This document shows positions 62,778 to 64,000 of a DNA stretch of 64,000 nt, in pieces. How positions within the stretch are numbered: position 1 is the first letter of the stretch; every line of letters starts with the position of its first letter. The stretch lies in NCBI GenBank assembly GCA_965248635.1, contig OZ252114.1, positions 4,751,250-4,815,249 of the forward strand, read 5' to 3'. The DNA comes from Acidobacteriota bacterium. Lineage in GTDB: Bacteria > Acidobacteriota > UBA6911 > RPQK01 > CBDAPI01. The notes beneath the pieces were generated by a model. It saw nothing but the letters and a program-made list of their open reading frames with translations. It was not told the origin of the DNA and made no database searches. A program made the position numbers and the translations under genes.

Positions 62778-63377
62778 ATGCCACTCACTCGCAGGCAGCG
62801 CCAGATCCTGGATTATATCCGGGCCTATATCGAGGAGAAAGACTACTCACCTTCGTTTGAAGAGATCGCCAGGCACCTGAATGTCGCCTCTCTGAATGGA
62901 GTGTACAAACATCTTCGCGCTCTGGAGGAGCGAGGCTTTATCCGGAGACTCTCCAACCAGGCTCGCTCAATCCAGCTCCGCAACCCGGAGCACGATGCCG
63001 GGCTCACTCTGCCGGTGCTGGGAACCATTGCGGCCGGGCAGCCAATCGAGGCGATCGCCGACCAGGAGGAGATTTCGGTTCCGGAGGACTTTCTAGGGAA
63101 AGGACGCCATTTTGGGCTGCGGGTAAGCGGAGACTCCATGATTGACGAACAGATCCGGGATGGCGACATGGTCATTGTCCGGGAGCGGTCGGAGGCTCAG
63201 AACGGAGAAACCGTCGTGGCACTGATCGACGGAGAAGATGTGACCCTGAAGAAGTACTATCGGGAAGGCTCCCGGATCCGTTTGCAACCCGCCAACGAGA
63301 GCCTGGACCCCATTTACGTTTCAGAAGAGAGGATCAAGATCCAAGGAGTCGTCCGAGGCGTTATGAGGCGCTACTGA
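62778..63377 (+). CDS. lexA: SOS repressor LexA
   Basis: LT.RQ..IL, PS..EIA, cleavage site IAAGQP, catalytic GDSM and TLKK. Confidence 0.96.
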   Translation: MPLTRRQRQILDYIRAYIEEKDYSPSFEEIARHLNVASLNGVYKHLRALEERGFIRRLSNQARSIQLRNPEHDAGLTLPVLGTIAAGQPIEAIADQEEISVPEDFLGKGRHFGLRVSGDSMIDEQIRDGDMVIVRERSEAQNGETVVALIDGEDVTLKKYYREGSRIRLQPANESLDPIYVSEERIKIQGVVRGVMRRY

Positions 63378-63394
63378 AAGGGGAGGAGAAAAAC

Positions 63395-63547
63395 ATGCGC
63401 TATAAAGTCAAAGTCGCCGGCAAGATCTTTGAGGGAAGCGACACTAGGACCTTGATCCGACTGGCGGTTGCAGCGCGGCGAGAGGCGATGAAACAGACCG
63501 GCGGCAACCTGCGCACTGCGGTGGAAACCGCTCAGCGACGAGGGTGA
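63395..63547 (+). CDS. small basic hypothetical protein (50 aa)
   Basis: Strong RBS GGGGAGGAG upstream of ATG; MRYKVKVAGKIFEGSDTRTLIRLAVAARREAMKQTGGNLRTAVETAQRRG. Confidence 0.6.
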   Translation: MRYKVKVAGKIFEGSDTRTLIRLAVAARREAMKQTGGNLRTAVETAQRRG

Positions 63548-63734
63548 GGTCCAAGGTTCCAACGTTCAAGGTTCCCAACGTGCCACGTTGAGCTCCAACG
63601 TTTTCACGGGATCAGTTTCCACTATCTCTGTGAAAAACGGGTGGAAATCCTCTCGAAAATCAGGTGGGGCAAACGGCAGTTGCACCTTCCTCATCGAGTT
63701 GCATAGAAAATGTGCAGCGCGACGGGGGCTTTAA

Positions 63735-64000
63735 TTACTTCCCTGGGAACGGGACGTCCCGAGAATCAGAGCCGGACCGAGGCCCCTTTCCTCTCCCGCT
63801 TTTTCTTCGTCAGGTCGACCGTGACAGTCTGCACCCGCTGGTGCCGAACGATTCCCAGTTTCACCAAGCCGTCTTCCAGTTGCTGCGAGAGGTCACTCAC
63901 CGAAGCCACTCCAGTTCCATTGACGGAGATGATCACGTCGCCGGCCTTGAGACCTGCTTTTTCCGCCGGAGTTCCTGCGATGACCTCGGCGATCAGGACC
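63735..64000 (-). CDS. PDZ-domain protein, 3' end (HtrA-like; starts outside the window)
   Basis: Manual translation VLIAEVIAGTPAEKAGLKAGDVIISVNG...PFPGK*. Confidence 0.8.

Noticed and set aside
63600-63730. c-di-GMP or other riboswitch (GGCAAAC motif)
   Set aside because: It lies between convergent gene ends, and the remaining consensus elements are missing.

Overview
GC-rich bacterial chromosomal segment. Gene content (VWA protein, satellite BMC genes, split F0 operon, GTTC-like LexA boxes) suggests an Acidobacteriota genome; this is inference. Housekeeping blocks: an ABC/LolA-like envelope operon, BMC-H plus acylating aldehyde dehydrogenase, dnaK-dnaJ-hspR, a co-directional energy cluster (nuoABCDHIJKLMN without nuoEFG, atpZIBE, ccmEFH-x-ABCD with a CxxxY CcmE), uvrB-aroA-aroK, clpB/grpE, yebC-ruvC, truA-uppS-cdsA-dxr-rseP, an archaeal-type 2-phosphoglycerate kinase + ApgM pair, and lexA. 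Mobile DNA: an IS1380 and an IS3, the latter splitting a large secreted-protein gene. The most unusual structure is a 175-bp IS1380-type MITE at the hspR stop codon, carrying a complete group II intron inserted exactly inside its 13-bp terminal repeat. The intron's putative EBS1 is complementary to that terminal repeat. Also present: an unannotated CxxU selenoprotein with a SECIS-like hairpin, six covarying REP-like hairpins with a conserved loop, and ordered heptamer-repeat tracts next to promoters. No CRISPR array, rRNA or tRNA was seen. All calls are by eye; no database searches were run.
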